Positions 46,002-55,607 of a stretch of DNA of 64,000 nt are shown one piece after another. A program made the position numbers and the translations under genes. The notes beneath the pieces are model-generated. The model did no database searches, was not told where the DNA came from, and worked only from the letters and a program-made list of their open reading frames with translations. Where the stretch lies: positions 1 to 64,000 of IMG/VR virus record IMGVR_UViG_3300021957_000014; one strand, 5' to 3'. The stretch comes from a virus (taxonomy: Duplodnaviria; Caudoviricetes). Numbering within the stretch: the first letter of the stretch is position 1; each line of letters starts with the position of its first letter.

Positions 46002-46372
46002 TTCAGATAATCCGGCCCGTACTTTCTCATTCCAGTGATTTTGTATCCACCGTCCATGAAGAGATTTCCTCTTGCTGAATTTAATGCTGGGGTTGCCCAT
46101 CCAGCAGACATAAGAACGTCACCACACAAAAAGGTAGTATCTTTCTTATTAGTCCATTCTGACTTATTAATGAAACCCCAAACTGATTTTTGGTTTCCAC
46201 TGTCGGTGATAATCTTAATATACTTCCTAGACACTTTATAAGAGTAGGAATAATCAGTAAGAGTTGGGAACTGCTCAAGATGAGCAGCCGTCAAGTCTTC
46301 AACCAAGTTGTCACACAATTGAAGCAACTCTTGTTCTTGGTTTACTTCGTTCACTAGTGCTGACAATTTCAT
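45998..46372 (-). CDS. Hypothetical protein
   Basis: RKYIKI...SVWGFI...GDVLM.AGW..PA...ARGN...GP.YL, a common T4-like marine family. Confidence 0.75.
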   Translation of the reverse strand: MKLSALVNEVNQEQELLQLCDNLVEDLTAAHLEQFPTLTDYSYSYKVSRKYIKIITDSGNQKSVWGFINKSEWTNKKDTTFLCGDVLMSAGWATPALNSARGNLFMDGGYKITGMRKYGPDYLK

Positions 46373-46623
46373 TACGCTGCCTCCAACATAGTTAAAGGAA
46401 CTGAATATCTACCCTCTGGCAGTTCTACAGTTGCTCTTGATATCTTGACTTTAATTAAAGTCCCCAAAGTCCTTTTAGTCTTTTGGACTACGTAGACTTT
46501 TGCACCTTCGACCAAAGAGGTCTTGGCATTCAGTTTCTTCACTTCATTACAAAGTGCGATAACTTCATTCAACTCTGCAAGAGAGCTTAAAGAAGTGATT
46601 TTGGTTTTTAATGATTGGTTCAT
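46372..46623 (-). CDS. Hypothetical early protein (SH3/KOW-like)
   Basis: AAGGAG RBS, start MNQSLK. Confidence 0.7.
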   Translation of the reverse strand: MNQSLKTKITSLSSLAELNEVIALCNEVKKLNAKTSLVEGAKVYVVQKTKRTLGTLIKVKISRATVELPEGRYSVPLTMLEAA

Positions 46624-46653
46624 AGTGTCTCCTTGATTTTTCATTATATACAT

Positions 46654-46683
46654 AGTATACCAAAAAGCTTAGCCTGCTGTCAA
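46654..46683 (-). promoter_or_regulatory. Early promoter
   Basis: TTGACA-18-TATACT, near-copy of 45732-45761. Confidence 0.8.
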
Positions 46684-46950
46684 GGCCTCACGCTCTTTAA
46701 TATATGCAAGTACTGAATCTTGTTCAAGGGGGGTTAGGTCGTTCACTGTCTTGAACCTCGAATAGGTCAACCCTATCGTGGTCATTTTATTGCCTGCTGT
46801 GACCGCTGCATTCCATAGACGTAGTGACTCTTCGTCATTGCCTGGATGTAGTTCACCCATCTCACAGGCGGTTATAATCTCCCTACCTAACTTAACAATG
46901 TGCATTTGGGATTCGGGGGACGTGTATATACTATCACGATGTTTTCTCAT
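46669..46950 (-). CDS. Hypothetical early protein
   Basis: 93 aa, AGGAG RBS. Confidence 0.7.
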   Translation of the reverse strand: MRKHRDSIYTSPESQMHIVKLGREIITACEMGELHPGNDEESLRLWNAAVTAGNKMTTIGLTYSRFKTVNDLTPLEQDSVLAYIKEREALTAG

Positions 46951-46985
46951 GTTTAACTCCTAAAGTTATTTCTTTATTGGAGTAC

Positions 46986-47015
46986 AGTATATCAAAAAGC
47001 GGGGGGTGCTGTAAA
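46986..47015 (-). promoter_or_regulatory. Early promoter
   Basis: TTTACA-18-TATACT with the same GCTTTTTG spacer. Confidence 0.7.
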
Positions 47016-47021
47016 GGCCTT

Positions 47022-47267
47022 TTATAAACTCTTTTGTATGTCGTCTAGTTCTTTAAGTTTCTTATTGATGATGTCTACTCTATTGGGCCAATAGATATAG
47101 TCCTTGTCTGAATCCTTTGCAAGATTCTCAAGTAGGGGTCTCACAAAATTATCAAGTTTGTTGATTACATCCGTTGCAGTTGTAGTCTTCTCAATAATCT
47201 TTGTATCAATGGCTGCAAGTTCATCTGCATCCATCGCTGTAAATCCGAAATCGTTGTATTCTGTCAT
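47022..47267 (-). CDS. Conserved late hypothetical protein
   Basis: DFGFTA...PLL.NL....KDYIYWPNR; TATAAATA at 47273-47280. Confidence 0.75.
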   Translation of the reverse strand: MTEYNDFGFTAMDADELAAIDTKIIEKTTTATDVINKLDNFVRPLLENLAKDSDKDYIYWPNRVDIINKKLKELDDIQKSL

Positions 47268-47275
47268 AGTATTAT

Positions 47276-47872
47276 TTATAACGAATCAGTGTGTAAATGA
47301 TAGTAAACTTCCTTTAAAGTTTCCTTGTCACTCTGCACGTCTTGGTAGTTTGCATGTGCTTGTAGTGTCACGTCTGCAATCTCATAGTCGGGATAGGACG
47401 TAATCAGTTTGTAGATAAGTCCAGCAACGTCTTGGTGTTTGACACTAGGTAGATTCTCATCGTTGAGAAGACCTAAATTGATTGTGGTCATTTTATATCT
47501 CTTCTTAGAATTGTATTGTAGATTATTTGCAAGGTGATTGAGTTGTGCTTTCTCTGATGCGTAAACAAATCCTTTTGAAATATTCGGCTGGGCTGCTCGA
47601 CTTGAGATATTGATAATAGTCTTAGACTTGTCTGTCTCCCATGCCTTATGTGCAATCGATAGAATCTTAGATTGGTCTACATGTGCAAGATTGATTAGAA
47701 CATCACAAGGTCTATGACCGCTGCTGAATAACCAGCAGTTAGTTCCATTCATTGTAATGTCTTCACAACGAATTGTGTCTACTGTAATAACCTCTCCTTG
47801 AAAGGGTGTTGCTTCTAGTGTGTCTTTGATTGTCTTTGCAAGACCACTACTTCCTGTTATTGCTACTCTCAT
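47276..47872 (-). CDS. Short-chain dehydrogenase/reductase-like protein
   Basis: VAITGSSGLA Rossmann motif, DVLINLA, IINISS, catalytic YxxxK (YASEK). Confidence 0.8.
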   Translation of the reverse strand: MRVAITGSSGLAKTIKDTLEATPFQGEVITVDTIRCEDITMNGTNCWLFSSGHRPCDVLINLAHVDQSKILSIAHKAWETDKSKTIINISSRAAQPNISKGFVYASEKAQLNHLANNLQYNSKKRYKMTTINLGLLNDENLPSVKHQDVAGLIYKLITSYPDYEIADVTLQAHANYQDVQSDKETLKEVYYHLHTDSL

Positions 47873-48773
47873 AATATTCACTCACTATGTCGAAAGATTG
47901 CTTGCCGAACAAGCTGCCATCGACACTGCACTTGTTACAGGGGGACATAGACCTGTCACCCTTCATTAATTTCTTTCTAATCTTATTCATAGGTTTAGAG
48001 AACCATACATTATGTAGGGTCTCTGATAACAAGTTGCCTACAACATGTTCTCTACCCCAGTCATTGGAACAGAATAAAACATCACCATTCCAATCAACAA
48101 ACATTTTATAAAAAGGATAATGACACGGTTTACCTTGTAACGCTTCAATTGTACTCTCCTCAATTCCTACCCAATCCATTACACCACTTCTATTGTTTAG
48201 TATCAATCCATGATTTGCCATGTCACCCCAATGCATACGATACTTGTATTTCGTTTCGGGAATCGTTTTCATTATCTTATCGAAGTGTTCCATCTGTTCG
48301 ATACCATCATATAGATTGATGTAGAGTAAATCCAATCCACTAAATTCGAATAACTCTTCTGCATATTCTCTAGTGAGTTTATCTCCGTTCGTGTTGCATT
48401 CTATTGTTGCATAAGGAACTGCTGACCTAAAGGTATGAACGATTTCTCTGAACCTTGGGTTAAGTAGATTCTCTCCGTATCCACTTAAAGATATCTTCCC
48501 TCTAAATCCATTCTTATGTAATTCATCTCCAATGGTCTTTGCAGCCTTGGGAGTCATATGTAAATTTCTATTTGGGAATACTTCGGGATTTGCACGTGGA
48601 CAAAATGAACATGTCCTGTTGCATAACTCTGTAGTGTTAACTTCAACTGTAAGAATAGAACTGAGTTCATTCAGTTGGTCTTGTCGACTCCAATGTTTCT
48701 CTTCCTGTTCTCTACGATGTTCTAGAAAGTCGTATTGGTCTACTGCTTTAATCGGTATGTTACGTATCGACAC
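47847..48773 (-). CDS. Radical SAM / SPASM domain protein
   Basis: CNRTCSFC, SGYGENLLN, NTNG; SPASM CHYPF...DWNGDV.FC..DW...PCNKC. Start uncertain (GTG at 48773 or ATG at 48845). Confidence 0.9.
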   Translation of the reverse strand: MSIRNIPIKAVDQYDFLEHRREQEEKHWSRQDQLNELSSILTVEVNTTELCNRTCSFCPRANPEVFPNRNLHMTPKAAKTIGDELHKNGFRGKISLSGYGENLLNPRFREIVHTFRSAVPYATIECNTNGDKLTREYAEELFEFSGLDLLYINLYDGIEQMEHFDKIMKTIPETKYKYRMHWGDMANHGLILNNRSGVMDWVGIEESTIEALQGKPCHYPFYKMFVDWNGDVLFCSNDWGREHVVGNLLSETLHNVWFSKPMNKIRKKLMKGDRSMSPCNKCSVDGSLFGKQSFDIVSEYYESSNNRK

Positions 48774-49260
48774 GCCTGCACCTAATGTGTCTTTCTTCTC
48801 CATCCAAAACCTGTTCTTGGTAAGAAAACTCGATTGTGTCGCCAATGTCGATTACTCCTTCAGTAAAGTATTGTGGTATGATAAAAAACTGTGCTGATTT
48901 GTCTTCTGAAATCATACAACTTTGTGGGTCACCATGTCTATTATAAAGATATGGTCTAATGTGTAATCCGTCTGTTTGCCTGTCGTGTGCTGAGAAAATT
49001 AACTCACCATCTTCAAGATAGAGATTTACAAAGGGGGTATCGTATTGGATTCCTAAGCGGATTGTATATTCAAGGGGAAAGTTTAAACGTAGAACGTCAT
49101 CTTCAATATCGTGAAAACGTTCTACGTATCTGTGACTTACTTTGTCTAATTCAAGGGGTAGTACTTCTGATTCCTTAGAAGTAACCACCGTCTCGCACAG
49201 TATCATTGTCATTATCATTTCCTTCATCACTGTCGACTGCTGATACGAATGACCCATCAT
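48760..49260 (-). CDS. Hypothetical protein (true start probably near 49190)
   Basis: ORF overlapping the ends of both neighbours. Confidence 0.6.
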   Translation of the reverse strand: MMGHSYQQSTVMKEMIMTMILCETVVTSKESEVLPLELDKVSHRYVERFHDIEDDVLRLNFPLEYTIRLGIQYDTPFVNLYLEDGELIFSAHDRQTDGLHIRPYLYNRHGDPQSCMISEDKSAQFFIIPQYFTEGVIDIGDTIEFSYQEQVLDGEERHIRCRRVDT

Positions 49261-50662
49261 CCTGTAGTGATTGTATTAATTCATCTGTTTGGTCTTGAAA
49301 TGATTCAATCAATTGTGCTTTTGTTTGAGACTTATCAAGTGTAAAGTTTAAATCCGTTCCAGCTTTAATAATAGCACTCTTAGTCATTGCATCTAATTCT
49401 GCACTAGACGGAATTGTAATTTCGTCATATACTTCTTCTTCTTCAATGTCTGTTTGTGCATCAATCTTTGCTTGTGCAGCTGCAAGTAATTCTTCTTCAC
49501 TATCATATGAAGGGATTGTCTTTTCAGCTGGTGCCTTTACTGAGTCACCTGTCTGTAGAGTTTCTGCTCTTGGTTTAAAATTACCACCAGTGATTACTGG
49601 TTTTGCTAAGGACGATTCAGTTCTAGTATCTTCTTCCTGTACTGAGAACTCTGAACCTAATGGTTCTACTTCGTCTGATACTTCAAACCCTTGGTCTTCT
49701 TCAATCTCTTGTCTGAATGCCTGTTTGGTTTCTTCTACCCTTGCATTGAAATCTGCATCGGTTGAGATTGCTTCATCCCACTCTTCGGGTGTTGCATCAT
49801 TGATTGATTTGTAGGACTCATCCGTAATCACTTCGTCAGCAAATGCAACTTCGTTAACTCTATCAACTTCATCAAAGAAAGACTCGGTTGTATTCCCTTG
49901 TGGTTGATATCTTGTATCAGACTGTGGTGTATCTAAAGGAACGAAAGGTTCGACTTCTGTCGGGTCAACAAATGTTGTTTCATTTACTTCTACGTCTGTT
50001 CCAACATCAACTGTATCTTCTGTAGCAGGATTCATTGCACGTGCAAGACCCATGTTACCTGTTGCCTTACTAGGTTTTGCTAGAGGGGTTTGTTGTACAG
50101 GTGCTGGTTGTGGAATTTCGTATCCATGTTTCTTGGCAAGTATTGCGACTTCGTCAGCAGACATTTCAACAAAACCATCTTTGTTTAATGTACCTTGTTT
50201 AACACCGATAACTCCGTCACCGTTTAAGTCAACACCAATCCCATGTGATGCAAGAACAGCTTCAAGTTGTGCAATCTTATTGTTTGCTTCTTTCCTTGCA
50301 ATCCTTTCGTCTGCAAGTCTTTGCTGTTGTTCTTGTTGTGATTTTTCAAATGCCTGTGCCTTTGCAAGTTGGTCAGCAGCGATAAGTTCTTGAGACCTAC
50401 GTTGTGCATTCTCGACAATCTGATTGTACTCTGCTAATCCAGCAGCGTATTCTTCGGTTACAGTATGCAATGGTACAAGTTCACCTTGGGTGACCTTACC
50501 ACTTTGTAGATGTGATTGAATCAGTGCATTAACAACCCCAGCACTGTTGACGGTAAATCCTACTTTGTAGTCAGCAATTCTTTGTTGAATTCTTTCTAAC
50601 TCTGTAGGTTCGGGTTTTTCTTGTGCAAACTGTGACACAGTTTGATTTTCATTTGTTGCCAT
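49175..50662 (-). CDS. Large acidic coiled-coil protein
   Basis: 495 aa. N-terminal coiled coil, DLNGDG loop, long D/E-rich region, HeH-like C-terminal motif. Confidence 0.8.
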   Translation of the reverse strand: MATNENQTVSQFAQEKPEPTELERIQQRIADYKVGFTVNSAGVVNALIQSHLQSGKVTQGELVPLHTVTEEYAAGLAEYNQIVENAQRRSQELIAADQLAKAQAFEKSQQEQQQRLADERIARKEANNKIAQLEAVLASHGIGVDLNGDGVIGVKQGTLNKDGFVEMSADEVAILAKKHGYEIPQPAPVQQTPLAKPSKATGNMGLARAMNPATEDTVDVGTDVEVNETTFVDPTEVEPFVPLDTPQSDTRYQPQGNTTESFFDEVDRVNEVAFADEVITDESYKSINDATPEEWDEAISTDADFNARVEETKQAFRQEIEEDQGFEVSDEVEPLGSEFSVQEEDTRTESSLAKPVITGGNFKPRAETLQTGDSVKAPAEKTIPSYDSEEELLAAAQAKIDAQTDIEEEEVYDEITIPSSAELDAMTKSAIIKAGTDLNFTLDKSQTKAQLIESFQDQTDELIQSLQDDGSFVSAVDSDEGNDNDNDTVRDGGYF

Positions 50663-50772
50663 AATTTAGGTTTCTCCATGGAGCAGAACTAGACTAGAAA
50701 GTTGTTTACTGAAGTTGATATATCAACTTCCCTTTTTAATATGTATAGTCTCGGTCTACTGTAATTATTTAG

Positions 50773-51288
50773 TTAACAATTAATCTCGGGAAAGGCTTCT
50801 TTCACGATATTTGCTGTGATATTTGGGAATGCCCAAGTACCGTCTTTAACGAGGTCAAGCAGTTCTGCTTCTTCTTTAGGGATGCCTTCAAGAAGACCAA
50901 TCCACATTGCCTCTCTCTTAGTTGCAGAGATTTGTTCCGTAACAAAATACTGGAACAACCTATGTTCAAATCTAAGTGATGTTTCTGTTAAATCAGAGCT
51001 AGGTGCTGAGTTCTCTCTGTAAGGTGTTTTGCCTTCGGGTAAGACGGTTGTAATATTCTCATCGAATTGCCACTGCAATACTTTCTTAACTCCACCGTTA
51101 GTTTCATTGAATACTTTCAATCCGTTAACTGCTTTTGCTGAATCAGTCTCAGCAACGATATTTGCTTGACATAGTATTTCATATACGTCTGCATTTTTCT
51201 GAAGCTTTACTCTTTCGGTAATCAACTTCATTTTAGGTTTATTGGGAGCTCCCTTCGGTCTTCCTCTTCCTCTTTTTTTCTCGGTCAT
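50773..51288 (-). CDS. Conserved rnh-adjacent protein (DUF6433-like) with AT-hook
   Basis: LPEG.TPY, KRE.MW..LLEG....EA.LL..VKD; N-terminal KRGRGRPKG. Confidence 0.75.
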   Translation of the reverse strand: MTEKKRGRGRPKGAPNKPKMKLITERVKLQKNADVYEILCQANIVAETDSAKAVNGLKVFNETNGGVKKVLQWQFDENITTVLPEGKTPYRENSAPSSDLTETSLRFEHRLFQYFVTEQISATKREAMWIGLLEGIPKEEAELLDLVKDGTWAFPNITANIVKEAFPEINC

Positions 51289-52127
51289 AATGTAAAATCC
51301 TCTACATGGTTTAACAACTGGTCTAGTCGATGTGTTCTTAAATAATCAAAGACTTTACCCTTTACTGGTGCTGTCTTTTCAAACTCATCTAATATATTCT
51401 TTTCTATATCAGTTGGTATAAACTCTAAATCAATTAGAGTTTGGTTTCTTAAATAGTTACGATAGTATTTATCGTCACTCTCAATTGTAATTCTTAAGTA
51501 CTTATCTTTGACAGGCTTCCTTAAAGGTGTTTGTCTAATACCTAAGTCCAAGCAATCATCATTAGATAGAATGTTTGGAACTCCGTCTGACTTATCACCA
51601 GTAAGAATATGTTCTCTCAAAAATAAATCGGGGTCTTCAACTGTAATAAGTTTATTAAGGTTGGGACTCCATTGAGTTACGTACTTGTATTTATGGAGTT
51701 GCTGAAAGTCTTTATCTCCACTTACTATCATGACCTTCTCTCCGAAGGGTGCATGTTTAGTTAACACTGCAATGATATCATCAGCTTCACACTTCTCGAC
51801 ATACATATAACGGTATGGAAAGTTCTCTTTGATTTCCATCTTCACCTTATGAAGTGTATCAAATATTAATCCCCAGTCTTTGTTATCTGCTTCTCTAGAC
51901 TTCTTACGATTTGCTTTGTACTGTGGGAAGTAGTCTCGTCTCCATGGATGTGATGCATCCGTACAAAGAGTAATCTCTCCATACTCTGCAGCGTACTTCC
52001 TTTGATATCCTCGAACTGAATTGAGAATCATGTGTCTTAACATGTCCTCACTTACTTCTCCGTTGTTCATTTTTAGTTGAACCATTAAACCAGCAATGAT
52101 GGTTTGTGTAAAGTCTATTAGAATCAT
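51285..52127 (-). CDS. rnh: T4-type RNase H (5'-3' exonuclease)
   Basis: MILIDF, WRRDYFP.YKANRK, EADDII, SGDKDF.QL, GDKSDGVPN, RN..LIDL. Confidence 0.95.
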   Translation of the reverse strand: MILIDFTQTIIAGLMVQLKMNNGEVSEDMLRHMILNSVRGYQRKYAAEYGEITLCTDASHPWRRDYFPQYKANRKKSREADNKDWGLIFDTLHKVKMEIKENFPYRYMYVEKCEADDIIAVLTKHAPFGEKVMIVSGDKDFQQLHKYKYVTQWSPNLNKLITVEDPDLFLREHILTGDKSDGVPNILSNDDCLDLGIRQTPLRKPVKDKYLRITIESDDKYYRNYLRNQTLIDLEFIPTDIEKNILDEFEKTAPVKGKVFDYLRTHRLDQLLNHVEDFTL

Positions 52128-52837
52128 TTTACCACTTTCAATAATAATGTATTTTTGGTAATCAAGTCGTTTCCGTCTTTCAACTTCGACCTAGGAATCT
52201 CATCCATAAATCCACGAGCAATAATATTACCACCTGTTACTAGTCTATCAAGCAACTTGTAATCTGTCAAGGTCTTTTCTTTACATGAGTCATACCCAGT
52301 AATTCTAGAACCTTTGACTGCAAGATGTCCACTGAAGTGTGTAAACTTTTTAGATGCAGTATTGTATGTGAACAAGTCTAATGCTCTTGGTATCTCTTCC
52401 TTGTCTATAGACTTGTAACCTTCCCACTCTTCTAAGAACGGAAGCTTCCTTACCATTCTCTTAGGGGTCATAGGTCTGACCTTACGAACTGGTTTGTACT
52501 CGTCACAATACTTATCGATATCGGATTCGATACCCTCTAAGAATTTGATGTAGTTTTTCTTTTGTGTTTTAGTGAGAAAGTTAAAGGCCTCTTCTAATTG
52601 TTCACAACCTTCTTTGTTCTTAACTTCGAGTTGTGCTTGAAGTGTTTTACCTTTCATGAAGGTAATTACTTTAGAACTATAATCTAGTTGCTTAAGATAT
52701 TTGTACATTGAGAAGGAGCTCTTCTTATCGTCCATAAAGGAATCGATTTGGAACTCAACTTCATCATAGGCATCGATTGCTTTCTCACGCATTCGGTCTT
52801 GGATATTTATTTTTTTGGGTTCAGTTTTCATAATCAT
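52124..52837 (-). CDS. Conserved hypothetical protein
   Basis: NIQDRM, QLEEAF, YNT..KK, L.VKGS.I.GYD, ends NTLLLKV; start just downstream of a promoter. Confidence 0.75.
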   Translation of the reverse strand: MIMKTEPKKINIQDRMREKAIDAYDEVEFQIDSFMDDKKSSFSMYKYLKQLDYSSKVITFMKGKTLQAQLEVKNKEGCEQLEEAFNFLTKTQKKNYIKFLEGIESDIDKYCDEYKPVRKVRPMTPKRMVRKLPFLEEWEGYKSIDKEEIPRALDLFTYNTASKKFTHFSGHLAVKGSRITGYDSCKEKTLTDYKLLDRLVTGGNIIARGFMDEIPRSKLKDGNDLITKNTLLLKVVK

Positions 52838-52843
52838 GTGAGC

Positions 52844-52873
52844 AGTATATAATAAAGCCAGGGGCGTTGTCAA
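52844..52873 (-). promoter_or_regulatory. Early promoter
   Basis: TTGACA-18-TATACT. Confidence 0.75.
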
Positions 52874-52886
52874 GTTGATTTATAAA

Positions 52887-54269
52887 TTAACTATCATCCC
52901 TTTCATCACGTTTGTTTGTAATCATGAACTTACGTGCTGGGTTTATCATTAAGTTTGCACGTTGCATCAAGTCACGGTTCGCAAGAAACGGTATTGCACC
53001 TCTAGTATCTAAACTAACTTCTTGTTCGTATATAGTGTTTAGGAAATTTAACTCAAGTTCTACGACTGGTCTGTCTTCAGCTGGTTTCAATAAAGTAACC
53101 ATTCTCTTTAATGGTTTCTTATACTTAACACCCTCTGTTGTCCATGTAACTATCTTACCCTTGACCTTTAAATCTTCTGCATGAAGTGAACAAGCTGAAA
53201 CTGAATTACCTGTATCTAACTTCACTGTCATCTCTTGACCTTCAATCTCTATGGTTTCTAATACACCACACTCTGTTGGTGACTTCTTCCATATGTCTCG
53301 GTCTTTGTAAATCTTAAGAACCATCTTAACAATGTCCTCACCGATAACACTAGAGATTCCTTCAGTGCCTGGCGAATGATTTACTTCCAATAGGTATGGT
53401 GGTTCGGTCTTTCTGTTTTTGCTAGGAATAAAGTCGACACCACACCATTGTCCGTTGACGGCTTTGCTAGCTCTTAGACAAATATCTTTTTCCATCTCTG
53501 TCAATGTAACTGATTGTGCATCTGCACCTTGGGATACATTACTTCTGAAATCATCTGTAATTTTGTTTCGTCTCATTGCACCAACGATTTCTCTGTTGAC
53601 AATGACTACACGTACATCGTAATCTGATTCGATATACTCTTGTAATAGAATATCACAGTAAGGGTCAATCTTATAAATCAAGCTGACCTGTGATTGTAAT
53701 GAACGTTCTGTTTCGATTAATAGAACACCCACACCTTTAGAACCCTGTAATGTTTTAAGTATCATCGGGAAGTTATTATCTAATGCTTCGTGAGCTCTAT
53801 CTACAGTCTCGGGTTCATCGTTTGGAATCAATACGGTACGTGGTTGGTTTAGACCTATCTCTTGCAGTCTCAGATACGTTCTAAACTTGTCTGAACAAAC
53901 TTCGATACATTCCCTAGGGTTACACGTTGCAATGCCGTAGCGTTCAATCTGAGAGATTAAATCGAGGTAGGAATCTTTAGTGTTTACTGCACCACGAATC
54001 ATAACTAATGTGTCTGCATCAATCTCGAATCCTTTCTCATCGTCTGCATTGTGAATAGTAATCTCACCACTATCCTCATCACGTTCTAAGTATGCACCAT
54101 TGATACGCACGTTGTAAACATCCATGCCCATCTTCTCTGCAACACTAACTATCTTACCACTGGTAGATTTCTTTGATTGTTTCTTAGGACGTTCTGCAAG
54201 AACGACAAGGCGATAGGGGTCGGACTTCTTAATGTCTTCTTCGACTATTAATTCTTGAAATGATTTCAT
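52887..54269 (-). CDS. rimK: RimK-family ATP-grasp ligase fused to a RimB-like / ATP-dependent Zn-protease-family domain
   Basis: DKFRT, P.ILK...GS.G.GV, LLQEYI..DVRV, DFRSN..QG, GVD, LEVN.SPG; C-terminal KLDTGN..SLHA, RPVVEL. Confidence 0.9.
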   Translation of the reverse strand: MKSFQELIVEEDIKKSDPYRLVVLAERPKKQSKKSTSGKIVSVAEKMGMDVYNVRINGAYLERDEDSGEITIHNADDEKGFEIDADTLVMIRGAVNTKDSYLDLISQIERYGIATCNPRECIEVCSDKFRTYLRLQEIGLNQPRTVLIPNDEPETVDRAHEALDNNFPMILKTLQGSKGVGVLLIETERSLQSQVSLIYKIDPYCDILLQEYIESDYDVRVVIVNREIVGAMRRNKITDDFRSNVSQGADAQSVTLTEMEKDICLRASKAVNGQWCGVDFIPSKNRKTEPPYLLEVNHSPGTEGISSVIGEDIVKMVLKIYKDRDIWKKSPTECGVLETIEIEGQEMTVKLDTGNSVSACSLHAEDLKVKGKIVTWTTEGVKYKKPLKRMVTLLKPAEDRPVVELELNFLNTIYEQEVSLDTRGAIPFLANRDLMQRANLMINPARKFMITNKRDERDDS

Positions 54270-54646
54270 TTCTTTAATCCCACCTGTATGGCTTGTTCTT
54301 CTAATGGGGTTAATGGTTTCTTATGCAACTCTACAAAGTATTCTGCATCCACCAACACCAATGGTTTACTTCTATTTCTTTTAATCACAACAATGGGTTC
54401 GTACTTACCACAATTGCTTTCTGCTTGTGTATATGCATTCCACACGTTAACTGCTTCTTGGTTCTTGCACTCTACACTGTATGGAAATAATCTTCGGGAC
54501 TCTGTACCTAGGATGATGTCCTCGCCTTGAGAACCCATAGGTCTTGATTCAGAATCTTCGGGGTCTAAGTCTAACTTCTCTACAAGTAAGTCCCTAAACC
54601 ACTGTTGTAGTTTACGACCTTTAGCTTTTGCTGATGATGTCTTCAT
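54266..54646 (-). CDS. PD-(D/E)xK nuclease (Holliday resolvase-like)
   Basis: AKAKGR.LQQW, MG..GED, FPYSVECKNQE. Confidence 0.8.
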   Translation of the reverse strand: MKTSSAKAKGRKLQQWFRDLLVEKLDLDPEDSESRPMGSQGEDIILGTESRRLFPYSVECKNQEAVNVWNAYTQAESNCGKYEPIVVIKRNRSKPLVLVDAEYFVELHKKPLTPLEEQAIQVGLKK

Positions 54647-54947
54647 TAAATTTTATACTCACTCCACAACCACAACTGGCTTCTTCATTTGGATTCTGAA
54701 ACGTAAATGTTTCATTCAATCCTTGTTTCTCATAATCTAGTGTCATTCCATTTAAAAAAGGTTGACTCATTGTATCTATTAAAAATTTAAAGTTACCGTA
54801 ATCTAATTCTAAATCACCGTCTCTGAATTCATCTTCTACAAAAACATATTCATAACCACTGCAACCACCACCAGTAACACCCATTCTAACTGAGTCTACT
54901 TTCTTCTCTATAAGCTTTGCAATTGCAATGTCTGTGACTTCTATCAT
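54621..54947 (-). CDS. iscA: HesB/IscA-family Fe-S cluster carrier
   Basis: GGGCSGYEY, LDY, F.FQNPN...CGCG.S. Confidence 0.93.
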   Translation of the reverse strand: MIEVTDIAIAKLIEKKVDSVRMGVTGGGCSGYEYVFVEDEFRDGDLELDYGNFKFLIDTMSQPFLNGMTLDYEKQGLNETFTFQNPNEEASCGCGVSIKFNEDIISKS

Positions 54948-54956
54948 AAGAAGTAT

Positions 54957-55607
54957 TTATACTTCTGACTCCCACACACCATCTTGTTCTGCATCATTTT
55001 TTAAATCTTTTGATTTCTTAGGTCGAATTAATTCGTATGGAATACCATCTGGCTGGTCTTCGGGTACGTAAAGGAATCCAATGTCGGAACGATTACATGT
55101 GTCGACTGCATCAAAGATTGTTTCCACTAGAGCTTCTCCACCTAAATTAAATGAAGTATTAAATATAATGGGGGTGCCATTCTTTTCACCCAAGGCTTTA
55201 ATTAAATTGTAATAATTTTTATTCTGCTCTTGAGTAACAGTTTGAATACGACATGTTCCGTCTGCATGAACGATAGCAGGAATCTCTTTGTATGCTTTCT
55301 CTTTGCATTGAATTGCAAACGACATATAAGGTGACTCTTCTAACTGCAACATCTCAAAATATTCATGTGCATGTTCTTTTAATACAGTACCAGCAAACGG
55401 TCTATAATATTCTCTCTTCTTAATTGTATTTACAATTTGCTTTGCATCGGGATTAGTAGGGTCAAATAAAATACTACGATTACCTAATGCACGTGGGCCC
55501 CATTCAGAACTACCTTGGAACATTGCAACAACTTGTTTCTCTTCAACCAGTAATCTAATTACTTCGTCTTGGTCTCTAATGATTTCTAATATTCTATTCT
55601 TACTCAC
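54957..55607 (-). CDS. Carbamoyltransferase C-terminal domain (NodU/CmcH/TobZ), stand-alone gene
   Basis: FQG.SEWGPRALGNRSILFDP, KKREYYRPFA, SPYM, H.DGTCRIQTV, NTSFN..GE.LVET; GTG start overlaps the upstream stop. Confidence 0.9.
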   Translation of the reverse strand: MSKNRILEIIRDQDEVIRLLVEEKQVVAMFQGSSEWGPRALGNRSILFDPTNPDAKQIVNTIKKREYYRPFAGTVLKEHAHEYFEMLQLEESPYMSFAIQCKEKAYKEIPAIVHADGTCRIQTVTQEQNKNYYNLIKALGEKNGTPIIFNTSFNLGGEALVETIFDAVDTCNRSDIGFLYVPEDQPDGIPYELIRPKKSKDLKNDAEQDGVWESEV

